A DNA stretch of 64,000 nt from Candidatus Latescibacterota bacterium (GTDB taxonomy: Bacteria > Latescibacterota > UBA2968 > GCA-2709665): contig CAXXXF010000014.1 in the NCBI GenBank assembly GCA_963667175.2, forward strand, positions 192,001 through 256,000, given 5' to 3'. The notes under the pieces were generated by a model. That model saw nothing but the letters and a program-made list of their open reading frames with translations, was not told where the DNA came from and ran no database searches. Position numbers and translations under genes: made by a program. This document shows positions 43,202-53,910 of this stretch, piece by piece (positions within the stretch are counted from its first letter, which is position 1; each line of letters opens with the position of its first letter).

Positions 43202-45112
43202 ATGGATGCACGCAAAATCATCTCGCTCGTCCTTCTGACGGGCATCGCGGGCTGCGCCGCACCCCGGCAGGCTATCGACCCGCCGCAGCCGAAACCCCGC
43301 GGCGCCGACCCGCAGGCGTTGGGTTACTTCATCGACGCCAAACGGTTCGAACTTGCGGGGCAACTCGAAGACGCCGTGGAGGCGCTGAGAGCGGCCATTG
43401 CCATCGACTCCACGGCGGCCACCTTGCACAGTTCGCTGGCCCGCAATCTGATTTCGTTGAACCGGATCGCCGAAGCCGGCGACGTCGCGCGCAAGGCCGT
43501 GCGGCTGGAGCCCCGGGCGCCGGCCCATCGCTGGCTGCTCTATGACGCTCTGGTCAAGGGGCAGCGGGACACGCTGCTGGCCACGGCCCAGCTCGAGGCG
43601 GTCACCCGCCTGAATCCCGCCGATTTCCGGGCCTATGCCCAGTTGCTCCAGATTTACACCGCCAGACGGCAACGCCAGGAAGTCCTCCGTGTACTGGATC
43701 GGGCCGCGTCTGTGCCGGCGCCGAACATCCGGTACGATCTGTTGATCGCCGACGGTTATCAGCGCCTGAATCTGCCTCGCAAGGCAGCCGGCATCTACCG
43801 CCGCATCCTCCATCGCGATCCGGAGCAGGCGCAGATCTGGAATCGCCTTGGCGACCTGACAATCGCCGGAGGCGACACCCTGGGCGCCGCGGCCATCTAT
43901 CGAACGGGGCTCGCACACTTCCGACACCGCCTGAACAAGACGACCCAGGCGTTCTGGCAGAAGCTCATCGCCATCTACGACCGAGAAGACCATCTGGACG
44001 CGCTTGTTTCGGAAACCCCGCCGGACACGCTTTTCCTGGACCGATTGTCCGCCCACCTTCCGCGCAGCATTCCGACGTCGGGCGCCGATAGCATCCTGGT
44101 GAGGCGTCGCTATCGACATACGGAGGTCCTGCTGGACCGCCTTATCCGCGAACTGCCCGAACGACACGATCTGCTTGGCCGGAAGGCATCGCTGCTCCGT
44201 GCGAGTGGCCGGCCGGAAGAAGCCAGACGCGCCTTTCGCAAGGCGATCTCGCTTGACCCGGATCCCTGGTACCGTCTGGGCGTTGCGCGCACCTATCTGA
44301 GCGAACGGGATCTGGACTCCGCGATCGAGATTCTCGATGGACTCTTCGGCGAGACACTCGCGGATTCCGAAATCTATCCCCGGATCGTGTCCGCGCTCGG
44401 ATGGGCGTACGTCGTGAGCAACCGCCCGGCACAGGCGAGGAGGGTCTACAGCCAGGCGGTTGACGCCCGGCCGGGCGAGCTTCGATATCAACTTGAGGTC
44501 GGACGTACTTATCTGGCCGAGAAGAACTGGGAGGCGGCGATTCCCGCCCTGGAGAGCCTGAAGAATCGCCTTCAAGACGACAGGGAACTCTTGGAGGACG
44601 TGCTTTTCGACCTGGGCCACAGTTACGAGCGCGCAGGTCGCTTCGACAGCGCGGTCGCCGTATTTCAGCACCTTCTCGCCCGGGCCCCGGACAACCACAA
44701 GGCGTTGAACTATCTGGGGTACATGTTCGCGGAAAAAGGCATCCGCCTGGGCGAAGCGGAAGACTATATCACACGCGCGCTGAAGGGCGACCCGAAAAAC
44801 GGCGCGTACCTGGACAGCATGGGATGGGTCTACTTCCAGCAACGGCGATACGACGAAGCGATGGAGTACCTCAAGCTCGCGCTCAGGGTCGAAGAACGCA
44901 GGTTCAACGAAATCGAGGCGGCGTTACGCACAGCCGGCCAGCGAGAGAATCTGTCGATCATCCTGGATCACGTGGGCGATGCGGCCCGGGCCCTGGGCAA
45001 CGTCGAGGAAGCCGTCGAACACTGGCAGCGCGCGGCCGATCTGAATCCCGGGAACGAGTCCATACGACGCAAACTGCAATCATTCGGCCCCGATAGCGCA
45101 AGCGGACCCTGA
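43202..45112 (+). CDS. TPR-repeat lipoprotein
   Basis: Lipobox IAGC; multiple TPRs; ALNYLGY...AYLDSMGW. Confidence 0.88.
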   Translation: MDARKIISLVLLTGIAGCAAPRQAIDPPQPKPRGADPQALGYFIDAKRFELAGQLEDAVEALRAAIAIDSTAATLHSSLARNLISLNRIAEAGDVARKAVRLEPRAPAHRWLLYDALVKGQRDTLLATAQLEAVTRLNPADFRAYAQLLQIYTARRQRQEVLRVLDRAASVPAPNIRYDLLIADGYQRLNLPRKAAGIYRRILHRDPEQAQIWNRLGDLTIAGGDTLGAAAIYRTGLAHFRHRLNKTTQAFWQKLIAIYDREDHLDALVSETPPDTLFLDRLSAHLPRSIPTSGADSILVRRRYRHTEVLLDRLIRELPERHDLLGRKASLLRASGRPEEARRAFRKAISLDPDPWYRLGVARTYLSERDLDSAIEILDGLFGETLADSEIYPRIVSALGWAYVVSNRPAQARRVYSQAVDARPGELRYQLEVGRTYLAEKNWEAAIPALESLKNRLQDDRELLEDVLFDLGHSYERAGRFDSAVAVFQHLLARAPDNHKALNYLGYMFAEKGIRLGEAEDYITRALKGDPKNGAYLDSMGWVYFQQRRYDEAMEYLKLALRVEERRFNEIEAALRTAGQRENLSIILDHVGDAARALGNVEEAVEHWQRAADLNPGNESIRRKLQSFGPDSASGP

Positions 45113-45113
45113 C

Positions 45114-45917
45114 ATGGCAACCCGCCAGCGGTCCGGAACGCGATCCCTCACGTCAACGCCGCTCCTTTATCTGTTTCTCCTGGCGCTTCCCGGCTGCGCC
45201 GCGTCTCTTTCCCGCCTCCCTGAAGTGGCGCCGGTCTCAACCCCCGCCGACCTGCTGCGCATTGTCACCGCGCGGGCTGACAGCCTCAAGGATCTCGAGG
45301 TCCGCGCCGGCGTCAACATGCGCGTCGACGGCGTCAAGCAAAAGGGGGTTGTCGTACTCTTCTACCGGGCGCCGGGCGCTCTGAAAATCGAGATGAAGGA
45401 CGCGCTGCTCGGCCTTGGCGTCCTCTCGGCCCTGGCTCGCGGCGACTCTCTCTCCATATACCTGCCAAGAACCAACCACTTTCTCGAGGGGCTTTCAGAG
45501 GACGTGCTCCGAACCGTCACCGGCGTGGATCTCACGCCTTACGGGGCCACGCATGCCCTGCTGGGCCTCGTCAACATGTCTCCGCTGAATCTGCCGCGCA
45601 TCGGCGAATTCCAGGCCGACCGGGACAGTCTCAATCTGGAAATCATCGAACCGCTGTGGACGCGCCGCCTGCGTTTCGATCCCCGCACCGCCGTCCTGCT
45701 CGAAGAACGCGTTTATTCGCCACGGGGTCTGTTGATATCCAGCCGAAATCTCTCCGAATACCAGCTGCAGAATGGAATCCCGCTTCCCCGCCGGATGGAG
45801 ATTGTCCAGGGCAGCGACCGGATCCGGATTCAGGTCATCCGCCGGAAGGTCAATTCCGGCGTGCCGGAACACCGGTTTCGGCTGAACGTGCCCCGCGACG
45901 TCATTCATCTCGAATAA
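45114..45917 (+). CDS. Lipoprotein, DUF4292/LolB-like
   Basis: Lipobox LPGC; beta-rich; directly downstream of the TPR protein. Confidence 0.6.
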   Translation: MATRQRSGTRSLTSTPLLYLFLLALPGCAASLSRLPEVAPVSTPADLLRIVTARADSLKDLEVRAGVNMRVDGVKQKGVVVLFYRAPGALKIEMKDALLGLGVLSALARGDSLSIYLPRTNHFLEGLSEDVLRTVTGVDLTPYGATHALLGLVNMSPLNLPRIGEFQADRDSLNLEIIEPLWTRRLRFDPRTAVLLEERVYSPRGLLISSRNLSEYQLQNGIPLPRRMEIVQGSDRIRIQVIRRKVNSGVPEHRFRLNVPRDVIHLE

Positions 45918-45963
45918 CGCGGCATCGCGACTTCTATCAACGAATCTGGCGCCCTCTCGGACA

Positions 45964-46132
45964 GAGCGATCAGCCATTAGCTTTCAGCCGTCGGCTTGAA
46001 TCAAGAGCAACTGAATTTAAGTCTGCGCCGTGAGGAAACAGGGTCGTAACGGGCGCAGACCTCACCCCCCGGCCTGCCTGCGCCGAGACCTGCTCGGCAG
46101 GCAGGCCCCCTCTCCCGGGGGGAGAGGGGGAG
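45964..46132 (+). repeat. Heptamer tandem-repeat composite element, copy 3 (filled with a 33-bp mini-element at 46073-46105)
   Basis: ATCAGCCATTAGCTTTCAGCCGTCGGCTTGAATCAAGA...GTCTGCGCCGTGA...CGCAGACCTCACCCCCCGG[insert]CCCCCTCTCCC. Confidence 0.75.
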
Positions 46133-46579
46133 CAAAGCTGGGCGCCCTGACCGGGTCACAGCGCGCAGTCGCCACCACTGGCAGAACGCAGGCGCGATCC
46201 ATCGGATTGCTTCTGTCTGTATTCCGGCAGAAGGTCCACTAAATGGGGCCTATACACCTGTTTTTCCAACTCATCTGTCCACGAGGTATGGGCAGTTCAG
46301 GGGGATCGAGTAGATATAGAGGCCCTTTGACCTTAATTCGTAGAAAACAGCAACGCGGAGCCGCGACGAAGCCTTTCGAAACGGGCCGAAATGAGCGTCC
46401 GAAGGGACATCCTTTCCGTTCACGTCCGGGGACCTGAAGGTTCCTGGAAATCCGAAGTCAGATCGCCTTTATTTACTTGCGTATATTCGAATTAACGTTC
46501 CCGAAACATTTCAAATCGAGGTTAATGCTTGACATTTGTAATGCAATCGTTATTTTTTTTGTGAGAAAGGATCTAATTT

Positions 46580-47029
46580 ATGTCTGCAGCAATTGCGCAG
46601 GCAGTGGCTTTTCAAGAAGCATTCAGTAAGATCGAAGCGCCCTGCCAGCGAATAAAACACACGCTTTCCAATAATCTTGAGACTGAGTTCAAGAACGACA
46701 TTGTCCAGCGGACAAAATGGCTCAGTGATTGGATGAGTGTTTTTGAAATTATGATTAAGGAAGATAGCTGGAATGCACTGGAAGACGGCCTGTTGGAATC
46801 GGTTGAGGAGTGTGAAGAATTAACCAAGCTCGCAGAACGATTGTTTTTGTCTATTCTGAAACAACACGACACCACTGCCAATGAACTTTTGAATATGCTC
46901 AGGGCGTTTATTGGACTCTTGCAGGAACTTAGATGGGAAATACTGATTCAGCAGGGGCAAGAAGACAAACCTGTGTCTGATAGAGTTCATGCAACCGCGG
47001 ATTCCTTTATGGAGTCCTTGAGGATATAG
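46580..47029 (+). CDS. Low-GC acidic helical hypothetical protein (possible antitoxin)
   Basis: 149-aa ORF, AAAGGA RBS, TTGACA promoter-like element at ~46530; followed by a toxin-like remnant. Confidence 0.6.
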   Translation: MSAAIAQAVAFQEAFSKIEAPCQRIKHTLSNNLETEFKNDIVQRTKWLSDWMSVFEIMIKEDSWNALEDGLLESVEECEELTKLAERLFLSILKQHDTTANELLNMLRAFIGLLQELRWEILIQQGQEDKPVSDRVHATADSFMESLRI

Positions 47030-47190
47030 AGACGATCAATCTCTATCAATTTACGGATCTGGTATTCGAGAACCATAGCAATTCATTCAAAAAACAATTC
47101 GTCAAGTTACCCCAGCGTAGGCAAGATGCTCTTGAAACTACGCTGGGGTAACTTTTGAATGGTACGCTTTCCGGCGGAAATGATCTTGAA
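47030..47190 (+). pseudogene. Possible RelE/ParE-like toxin remnant with in-frame stop
   Basis: Frame reads ...LVFENHSNSFKKQFVKLPQRRQDALETTLG*LLNGTLSGGNDLE and then loses similarity. Confidence 0.4.
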
Positions 47191-47375
47191 ACCCGAATTA
47201 TTCATGAAAGCTGGTGGGTTTGTTATATAATCGGTTGATTTTCAATAACATGAGTGGGGAATATAACGAAAACCCTGATTCGTCCGAAATCCAGTTGACC
47301 GGCGTCATGGCGGGGTGTCAGGCTGACGTGCAATATCGTTTATTTACGCCTCGTTTGGCAACTAACTTCAGACAC

Positions 47376-47605
47376 GGCTTTTTTCGTTTTTATCGTGTGT
47401 TTCGTAATTTCTGATGTTGGTTCTCTCGTGCCTTTGTCGCGCTTTTTGGTTTTCATCGTGTCGATCCTGTCCATCCATGTAAGTTCTGTTTTTGTGGATG
47501 ATTCAGAGTTGTAGCCTTTTTCGTGTATTTCGCGTGTTTCGTAGTTTCTGAAGTTCGTTTTCTTTCGCTTTTGGTTTCTATCCTGTCCATCCTGTCCATC
47601 CATGT
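47376..47605 (-). repeat. Tandem pair of composite 9-mer-repeat units
   Basis: Two copies of ACATGGATGGACAGGAT...AAACCAAAA...TCAGAAA(C/T)TACGAAACAC...ACGAAAAA on the minus strand. Confidence 0.7.
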
Positions 47606-47678
47606 TTGTTCCGTTTCATGAATTAATAGGAATAGACAATATGTACAGGAAGTATCGAATGAACCCGCTACACTGACC

Positions 47679-49100
47679 ATGTCCGATACCCCGAATCGCA
47701 ACCATTCCCATTTCCATTTCGGCTTTGTGCTCGCCTCGCTCTTCATTGCGCTGACGGTCGGGTTCGGGTACGCGGCTGTCCTCGCTGTACTGATCGGCTT
47801 CCAGATTTCGATGGGCGCCTGGTGGGTCGCCATGCTCCAGGCCCATGGACACGCGCAGCTTCTGGGCTGGATCGGCCTTTTCATCATCGGCGTCAGCCTC
47901 TACTTCCTGCCTCGTCTGGCCGGTACCCCGCTCCGCTATCCCCGGTTTCCGGCGTGGATTCTGCGCTTCCTCGTAACCGGCATCCTGCTCCGCGCCGTTT
48001 CGCAGCCGCTGCTCGCCGCGGGCGCCGAAGGTTCGATCCGCGTCTGCCTTCAATGGGCGCTCGGGTTCTCCGCGCTGCTGGAAACCACGGGCGTGTTCTG
48101 TTACATCGCGCTGCTGGTCGTTACGTTACGCCGCGCCGCGCCGAATCGCCCCGCCCTCCACGCGGTGCGCGTCTTCCTGGCTATTGCGATTGCGGGATGG
48201 GGACTGTATTCGCTGCTCGCCGGCGCCCTCGCGGTTCACGCGAGCCTTGGCGACAGCCCGCTTCTGCACATCGCGTGGAACAGATTCGGCATTGAACTAT
48301 TCATTGGCTTCGTCATCCTTCCGATGGCGATGGCGCTTTCCGTCCGTACGTTTCCGCTCTACCTGCGCCTGCCTGCCGTCCGCTGGCCCGTCGCCCGGTA
48401 CGGTCAGGTCTATCTGCTCGCGCTCATCCTGATCCATGCGCCTGTTCTGGCGCAGCTGTCCGAGACGTCCTTCGCGCCGGAACTAGCCCATCTCTCGCCC
48501 ATCGGAAAGGTCCTGAGAGGCGGAATCCTGCTTCTCTTCATCTGGAAACTGGACATTCTGCTTCGGTGGTATCCTCCATGGACCGTCAATCGCATCGGCG
48601 AACCCGGTCCCGACAGGCGCCCCACGCGTCCGGGCCTGCCGGACTACGGGGAGTTCGGCCGGTTCGATCGCCTTCTCTACGCCGCCTTCGTCTTCCTGGC
48701 CCTCGCCTCTGCGGCCGAACTGCTGGATGGCGCGCTCGCTCTGTTTCGACTCCCCTCTCCCTTCGATCCCGATGCATTGCGCCACACCCATCTCGCGGGG
48801 TTCATCACCCTCCTTCTCCTTGGGATGGCGCCTCGAATGGTACCCGGCTTCCTCCACAAACGCGGCGTGGCCGTTCCGGGCCTGGTGGCTGTCACGTTCT
48901 ATCTCGCGACCGCCGCCGCGGTCTGCCGCATCGCGCCTTTGCTCCTCGCGGAGATTCTGGATCGCGTTCCCTACGGGTTGCCGGTCTCGATGACCGCATT
49001 CGGCCTTTCCGGCCTGCTCGGATGGGCGGCGGCGGCAGTTCTGGCCTGCAATCTCTGGCTGACGTGGCGCAACGCCGACGTCAATGCCGATACGCCCTGA
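47679..49100 (+). CDS. NnrS-like multi-pass membrane protein
   Basis: QAHGHAQLLGW, DALRHTHLAGF, GMAPRMVPGF; many TM segments. Confidence 0.7.
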   Translation: MSDTPNRNHSHFHFGFVLASLFIALTVGFGYAAVLAVLIGFQISMGAWWVAMLQAHGHAQLLGWIGLFIIGVSLYFLPRLAGTPLRYPRFPAWILRFLVTGILLRAVSQPLLAAGAEGSIRVCLQWALGFSALLETTGVFCYIALLVVTLRRAAPNRPALHAVRVFLAIAIAGWGLYSLLAGALAVHASLGDSPLLHIAWNRFGIELFIGFVILPMAMALSVRTFPLYLRLPAVRWPVARYGQVYLLALILIHAPVLAQLSETSFAPELAHLSPIGKVLRGGILLLFIWKLDILLRWYPPWTVNRIGEPGPDRRPTRPGLPDYGEFGRFDRLLYAAFVFLALASAAELLDGALALFRLPSPFDPDALRHTHLAGFITLLLLGMAPRMVPGFLHKRGVAVPGLVAVTFYLATAAAVCRIAPLLLAEILDRVPYGLPVSMTAFGLSGLLGWAAAAVLACNLWLTWRNADVNADTP

Positions 49101-49161
49101 CCGGCCAAAAAGAAAACGCTCCCGTCGACTGCCGGAAGCGTTTCGATCGTAACGCAGGCGC

Positions 49162-49473
49162 TCAGTCCCGCGCCGGGGCAGGCGCCCGCGGCCTGCGTTG
49201 TCTCTCCTTGACGCGCTTGAGCTGACGGACCATCTTGTCGATCGCGCCGCCAAGCGCGGGGTGAATGACATCCTGTTCGTCGGTGGCCTTCAATATATGG
49301 TTATGGACGTGCACCACAATCTCAACCCGGAACATCCGGTTTTCCCGCTCCAGGGTGATCCGCGTGTCCAGAATCGGTTCATAGAACTGTCTCAGTTTTT
49401 CTGTTTCCTTTTCGATGTACTCCCGCAAGCGGCCGGACACCTCCAGGTTCTTCCCCGTAATTTCCGTTTTCAT
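49162..49473 (-). CDS. hpf: Ribosome hibernation promoting factor (short HPF/RaiA)
   Basis: EITGKNLEVS..LREYIE...AIDKMVRQLKR; AAGGAGGT RBS. Confidence 0.9.
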   Translation of the reverse strand: MKTEITGKNLEVSGRLREYIEKETEKLRQFYEPILDTRITLERENRMFRVEIVVHVHNHILKATDEQDVIHPALGGAIDKMVRQLKRVKERQRRPRAPAPARD

Positions 49474-49501
49474 CGCCACCTCCTTGCGCATGGTTGCACG
49501 A

Positions 49502-50362
49502 TCAACCGCCGACTTCTCCACGGGTTCCACCTGCCGTTGAAACGGCGCCTCGCCCTTTGAACCAGATTTCCGCCGCGTTCGCAAACGGCCCCACAATGAA
49601 TAACGCATAGAACGGGGCATAGACCTGTTCATGCAAACGCAATACCGCTTCGACCGCCGCCACGAAAAACGCAACCCAGCACTGGCCCCGCCTGGACTTC
49701 ACCGTTGTCTTCGGATCGGTAATCATAAAGAAGATAAACAGCTGGTACATCGGCCCCGTTATTGGCGCGATGCCGGCCAGATACGCCTGCTCCGACATGT
49801 GACTTCGAACAAATCCCAGCACTAGGAACGAAACCACGTACGTCAGGCAGATGTGCAAGCGCTTTACCCGCCACACGGCCATCCAGCCAAAGATCCAGAT
49901 CACCAGCATGACCCAGACGGCGTTGCCCCACTGAACGCTCAGCCCGGCGGCCATCTCCGGCGCCAGGAAGAACACCGCGCACACGCCGAGATTGGAAGGA
50001 TTCCAGAGATGCCGCCCGCGCCAGCGGATCACGTACTTGGAAAGAATCGACACGGCGCTGCAAAGCGCATAGGGCCAGAGCCAGAGCGAGCGGATCAGAA
50101 TCCCCACACTGATTCCGGTAATGTAACCGCTCACGAAATTTGCTTTGCGGCTTCCGTGCAGCCAACCGAGCACGGCCTCCGCGCCAATGGCAACCGCAAT
50201 CGCCAACGCCGTTTTCGACAGACCCTCGAGAATGCCGAACGTAATCTGACTGCCGACGAGAATGAAGGTGATGAGCGCCGGCGGCAGGAAGCGATGACCG
50301 TCGTTCGACCACCATGCCCGCAATGAAGAGCGGGGCGCAGCCAGGTCCGTGTCCGTAGTCAA
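49502..50362 (-). CDS. RnfD/NqrB-like membrane protein (stand-alone)
   Basis: SKYVIRWRGRHLWNPSNLG, LFIFFMITDPKT; TTG start after GGAGGT. Confidence 0.7.
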   Translation of the reverse strand: MTTDTDLAAPRSSLRAWWSNDGHRFLPPALITFILVGSQITFGILEGLSKTALAIAVAIGAEAVLGWLHGSRKANFVSGYITGISVGILIRSLWLWPYALCSAVSILSKYVIRWRGRHLWNPSNLGVCAVFFLAPEMAAGLSVQWGNAVWVMLVIWIFGWMAVWRVKRLHICLTYVVSFLVLGFVRSHMSEQAYLAGIAPITGPMYQLFIFFMITDPKTTVKSRRGQCWVAFFVAAVEAVLRLHEQVYAPFYALFIVGPFANAAEIWFKGRGAVSTAGGTRGEVGG

Positions 50363-50886
50363 CGTATCACCTCCGTTCGAAGGGCCGCGCGCGAAGGCTC
50401 GTGATTCCAAATAAGGACAAAAGTCCGCATCCGGCAACCCAAAAAGCGAGGCGGGCGCCCCGGGCTGCCTAGTGTCCTGTCCCGGAAATAAGTTGCCTGA
50501 ATTCGGCCGTCGAGTCGCCCGGCTCGCAAGGCGCCAGAGCGCAGGCGACCTGGCCAGGTCGACGAGCGAAGGCAACGCTGCGAGACGGGATGAATCGGCG
50601 GAAGAATGGTGAGGTATTATCGGGACAGGACATTAGGTCTTTCGCGGGAATTTCGATTCGCCTATCTTTCGGCCGCCGACGGAAGCCACAGGGCGCCGAA
50701 CGGAGATCGAATCGACGGAAACGACTCCTGTACGTGTATACGCCCGGGGGAACGATCCGGTTGCCTGGCGATATCAATCCGAGGATGCCGGATATCTTCA
50801 TGGGCGACCCGCCGGTCGCCCATGCTACACGTCGGGGTCATTATCCATTCCAGTAACCACAAACCCTGACGTGAAAGGATCCACGA

Positions 50887-52005
50887 ATGCCAAAGGTCCT
50901 CCTTCTGGGCGGCTTCCTGCCCGGCCAGTCCCTCTGGAGCATTCAGCAGGGGTTCAAGCGCATCGGCTACGACGTCCTCTATCAACCCACGCGAGGGTGT
51001 ATCGAGGCCCATCTTGAGGCCGATATCGCGCTGGCGAAGGAGGAGGCCGACGTCATCCCCCCACACGAAACGTGGGACCTGAAATACAGGGATATCGAAG
51101 CGTTCCAGGAAGGTCTGTTCAAGACGATTATCGAACACGAACCGGTACTGCTCATCTGGTGGTTCAGCAAAGACGACCGCCCGCCCGGGCTCATCGCGGA
51201 ACTTCGGGAAAGATTCCCCTGGTGCAAGACCGTCACCCATACGCAGGACGACCCCTGGGACCTGCTGCGGAGCCCTCATTTCACGGCGGAGTTCGAATTC
51301 GCGGCCACGTGTTGCAGAGAAAGCGTGGACGTCTACGCCAGTCGCGGGATACGGGCCATCGTCCTCTACCCGCCGCCGGCGATGGAACTGCATCGGCTCT
51401 CGAGACCGGCGCGACACGAGGAATGTGACTTCTCCGTCACCATCATGTCGCTCTACACAAAAGAAGGCGGCAGCCCGGAGGAGTACCTGGAATCCGAAGA
51501 CCTGGTCAAACGGATCACCCACACCATTCCCTTCCCGCGGCAGCGGGCGCTGCGGCAAGACATGGTCGCCGCGCTGACAGACCTGGGACGGGTGCACGTC
51601 TACGGCGGCCTGGGATTCGGCACGTTCGAAAACCTGCCCCGGTATTCCTATCGCGGCTTCCGGAGCTACATGGAACTTCCGGGCGTGTACAGGGCCTCGA
51701 AGATCAACGTCAACCAGCACAACTCACCCGAAGCGTACGGGTACCTGAATCAACGGGACACCGCAATTACCGGCAGCGGCGGATTCATGTTGACCGATTA
51801 CGTTGCGGGCATCGAGGAAATCTTCGACGTCGGCACGGAGATAGATACGTGGTCCGACCTGGAGGAACTCCGGCAAAAAGCGCGATGGTGGCTCGAACAC
51901 GAAACCCAGCGGAAAAACGCCGCGGCGCGCGCGCAGGACCGAATCCTCAAAGAGTATGGCAACGCGGCCTATGCCAGGAAATTGACTGAATTCGTGAAAG
52001 GATAG
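50887..52005 (+). CDS. CgeB-like glycosyltransferase (GT-B)
   Basis: QDDP, VYRASKINVN, LNQRD..ITGSGGFMLTD, SDLEELRQK. Confidence 0.78.
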   Translation: MPKVLLLGGFLPGQSLWSIQQGFKRIGYDVLYQPTRGCIEAHLEADIALAKEEADVIPPHETWDLKYRDIEAFQEGLFKTIIEHEPVLLIWWFSKDDRPPGLIAELRERFPWCKTVTHTQDDPWDLLRSPHFTAEFEFAATCCRESVDVYASRGIRAIVLYPPPAMELHRLSRPARHEECDFSVTIMSLYTKEGGSPEEYLESEDLVKRITHTIPFPRQRALRQDMVAALTDLGRVHVYGGLGFGTFENLPRYSYRGFRSYMELPGVYRASKINVNQHNSPEAYGYLNQRDTAITGSGGFMLTDYVAGIEEIFDVGTEIDTWSDLEELRQKARWWLEHETQRKNAAARAQDRILKEYGNAAYARKLTEFVKG

Positions 52006-52043
52006 CGAATCCCGGACCGCGACTGACAGGATTCCAGAATGTG

Positions 52044-52077
52044 AAACGCCTCCGGAGGTGACCGGCCGGAGGCGTTT
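52044..52077. terminator. Hairpin terminator between convergent genes, 7 nt from the intron 3' end
   Basis: AAACGCCTCCGG-loop-CCGGAGGCGTTT. Confidence 0.7.
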
Positions 52078-52084
52078 GTGCGTA

Positions 52085-52842
<758 letters not shown>

Positions 52843-52856
52843 CATGGACGTTTCGC

Positions 52857-53726
52857 CTACCCCGGTTCGGATTCGCCGAGGATACGCAGCGCGTTCCGAT
52901 ACGTCATCTTGTCGTACGCGTCCCGTGGCAACGAAAGGCCCTGGAAGAAATCCATCAGCGCCGTGTCGAAATAGTCCCGACCCCACAGCAGTTTGTCCTG
53001 AAACTCGAGGAGGAATCTCTTTCCGACCGCGGGGTCGCGCTTAAGCGCATTCAGGGCCGAACCCGCCGAGAGGTCCGCCCACAGATTGTCGTACTGGCGC
53101 ATCAGTTCCCACAGTCTTCCTCCCGGAAGTACCGGCGCCCGCGGGTACGACTCTTTGTCATAGAGATCGTCTCCCGAGATGTGCGCCCAGAACCCCGGCG
53201 CGTGACCGATAAACGTGGTTTCCGGGCAGGCCGCGACCGCCCGCTCGAATGCCTCGATACTCCCCCCATACCAGTAGTTCGGTCTGGGATAGTTCCCCCG
53301 GCCATGATTGATGGGATAGTCGAGGTGGATCGTTATGGGCAGTTTCATTTCGGCGCAGGCGTTATAGAGCTGAATCGCGTCCGGATCGTCGAACAGGACC
53401 CGCACCTTCATCTCGCTGGCAACCTGAATGCCGTGTATCTCATGCGCCGCCCGCAGGCGGTCCGCCGCGTCGGGCCGTTTCGGATGCGGGAAATAGCCCA
53501 GCACGAAGCGGTCGCGCGCCTCCCTTCCCACCTGCAGCACGTCTTCCAGCGGAATGCCCACCCCGCCCGGAGGCAGGGCTTTGTGATAGGACGGATCGTA
53601 TTCGTCTTCCGGCGCCTCCCAGGTAAACAGCCACATCCTGTCGATGCCCTGTTCATCCATATTGTTCAAAATCCTCTTTGCATCGTAACCGTGCCAGTTC
53701 GGATGGTTGTGGGCGTCAATCAGCAT
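52857..53726 (-). CDS. Amidohydrolase family protein
   Basis: IDAHNH, PITIH, FIGHAPGFW, ADLSAGS, LLWGRD. Confidence 0.88.
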   Translation of the reverse strand: MLIDAHNHPNWHGYDAKRILNNMDEQGIDRMWLFTWEAPEDEYDPSYHKALPPGGVGIPLEDVLQVGREARDRFVLGYFPHPKRPDAADRLRAAHEIHGIQVASEMKVRVLFDDPDAIQLYNACAEMKLPITIHLDYPINHGRGNYPRPNYWYGGSIEAFERAVAACPETTFIGHAPGFWAHISGDDLYDKESYPRAPVLPGGRLWELMRQYDNLWADLSAGSALNALKRDPAVGKRFLLEFQDKLLWGRDYFDTALMDFFQGLSLPRDAYDKMTYRNALRILGESEPG

Positions 53727-53910
53727 CTTGTCTTACCTCCCTGTAGAAATCTCCCACGTTTTATCCCGGTCTGCCGGGCCTCCGTTCGGCGCGAACAAAC
53801 GACTTGACAAATCACCCGAACCCGATAATATGGGACGCGCAATCCGGAGACAGGCCCGCCTGCGCGGACGGCCGCCACGTTGTATCGCGTTCATGACGGA
53901 AAGGAATCGA

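Noticed and set aside
47376-47605. Repeats as a CRISPR array
   Set aside because: No constant repeat with unique spacers of regular length; no cas genes.
50590-50869. Short overlapping ORFs upstream of the glycosyltransferase
   Set aside because: No recognisable motif or clear RBS; cannot be supported as genes.
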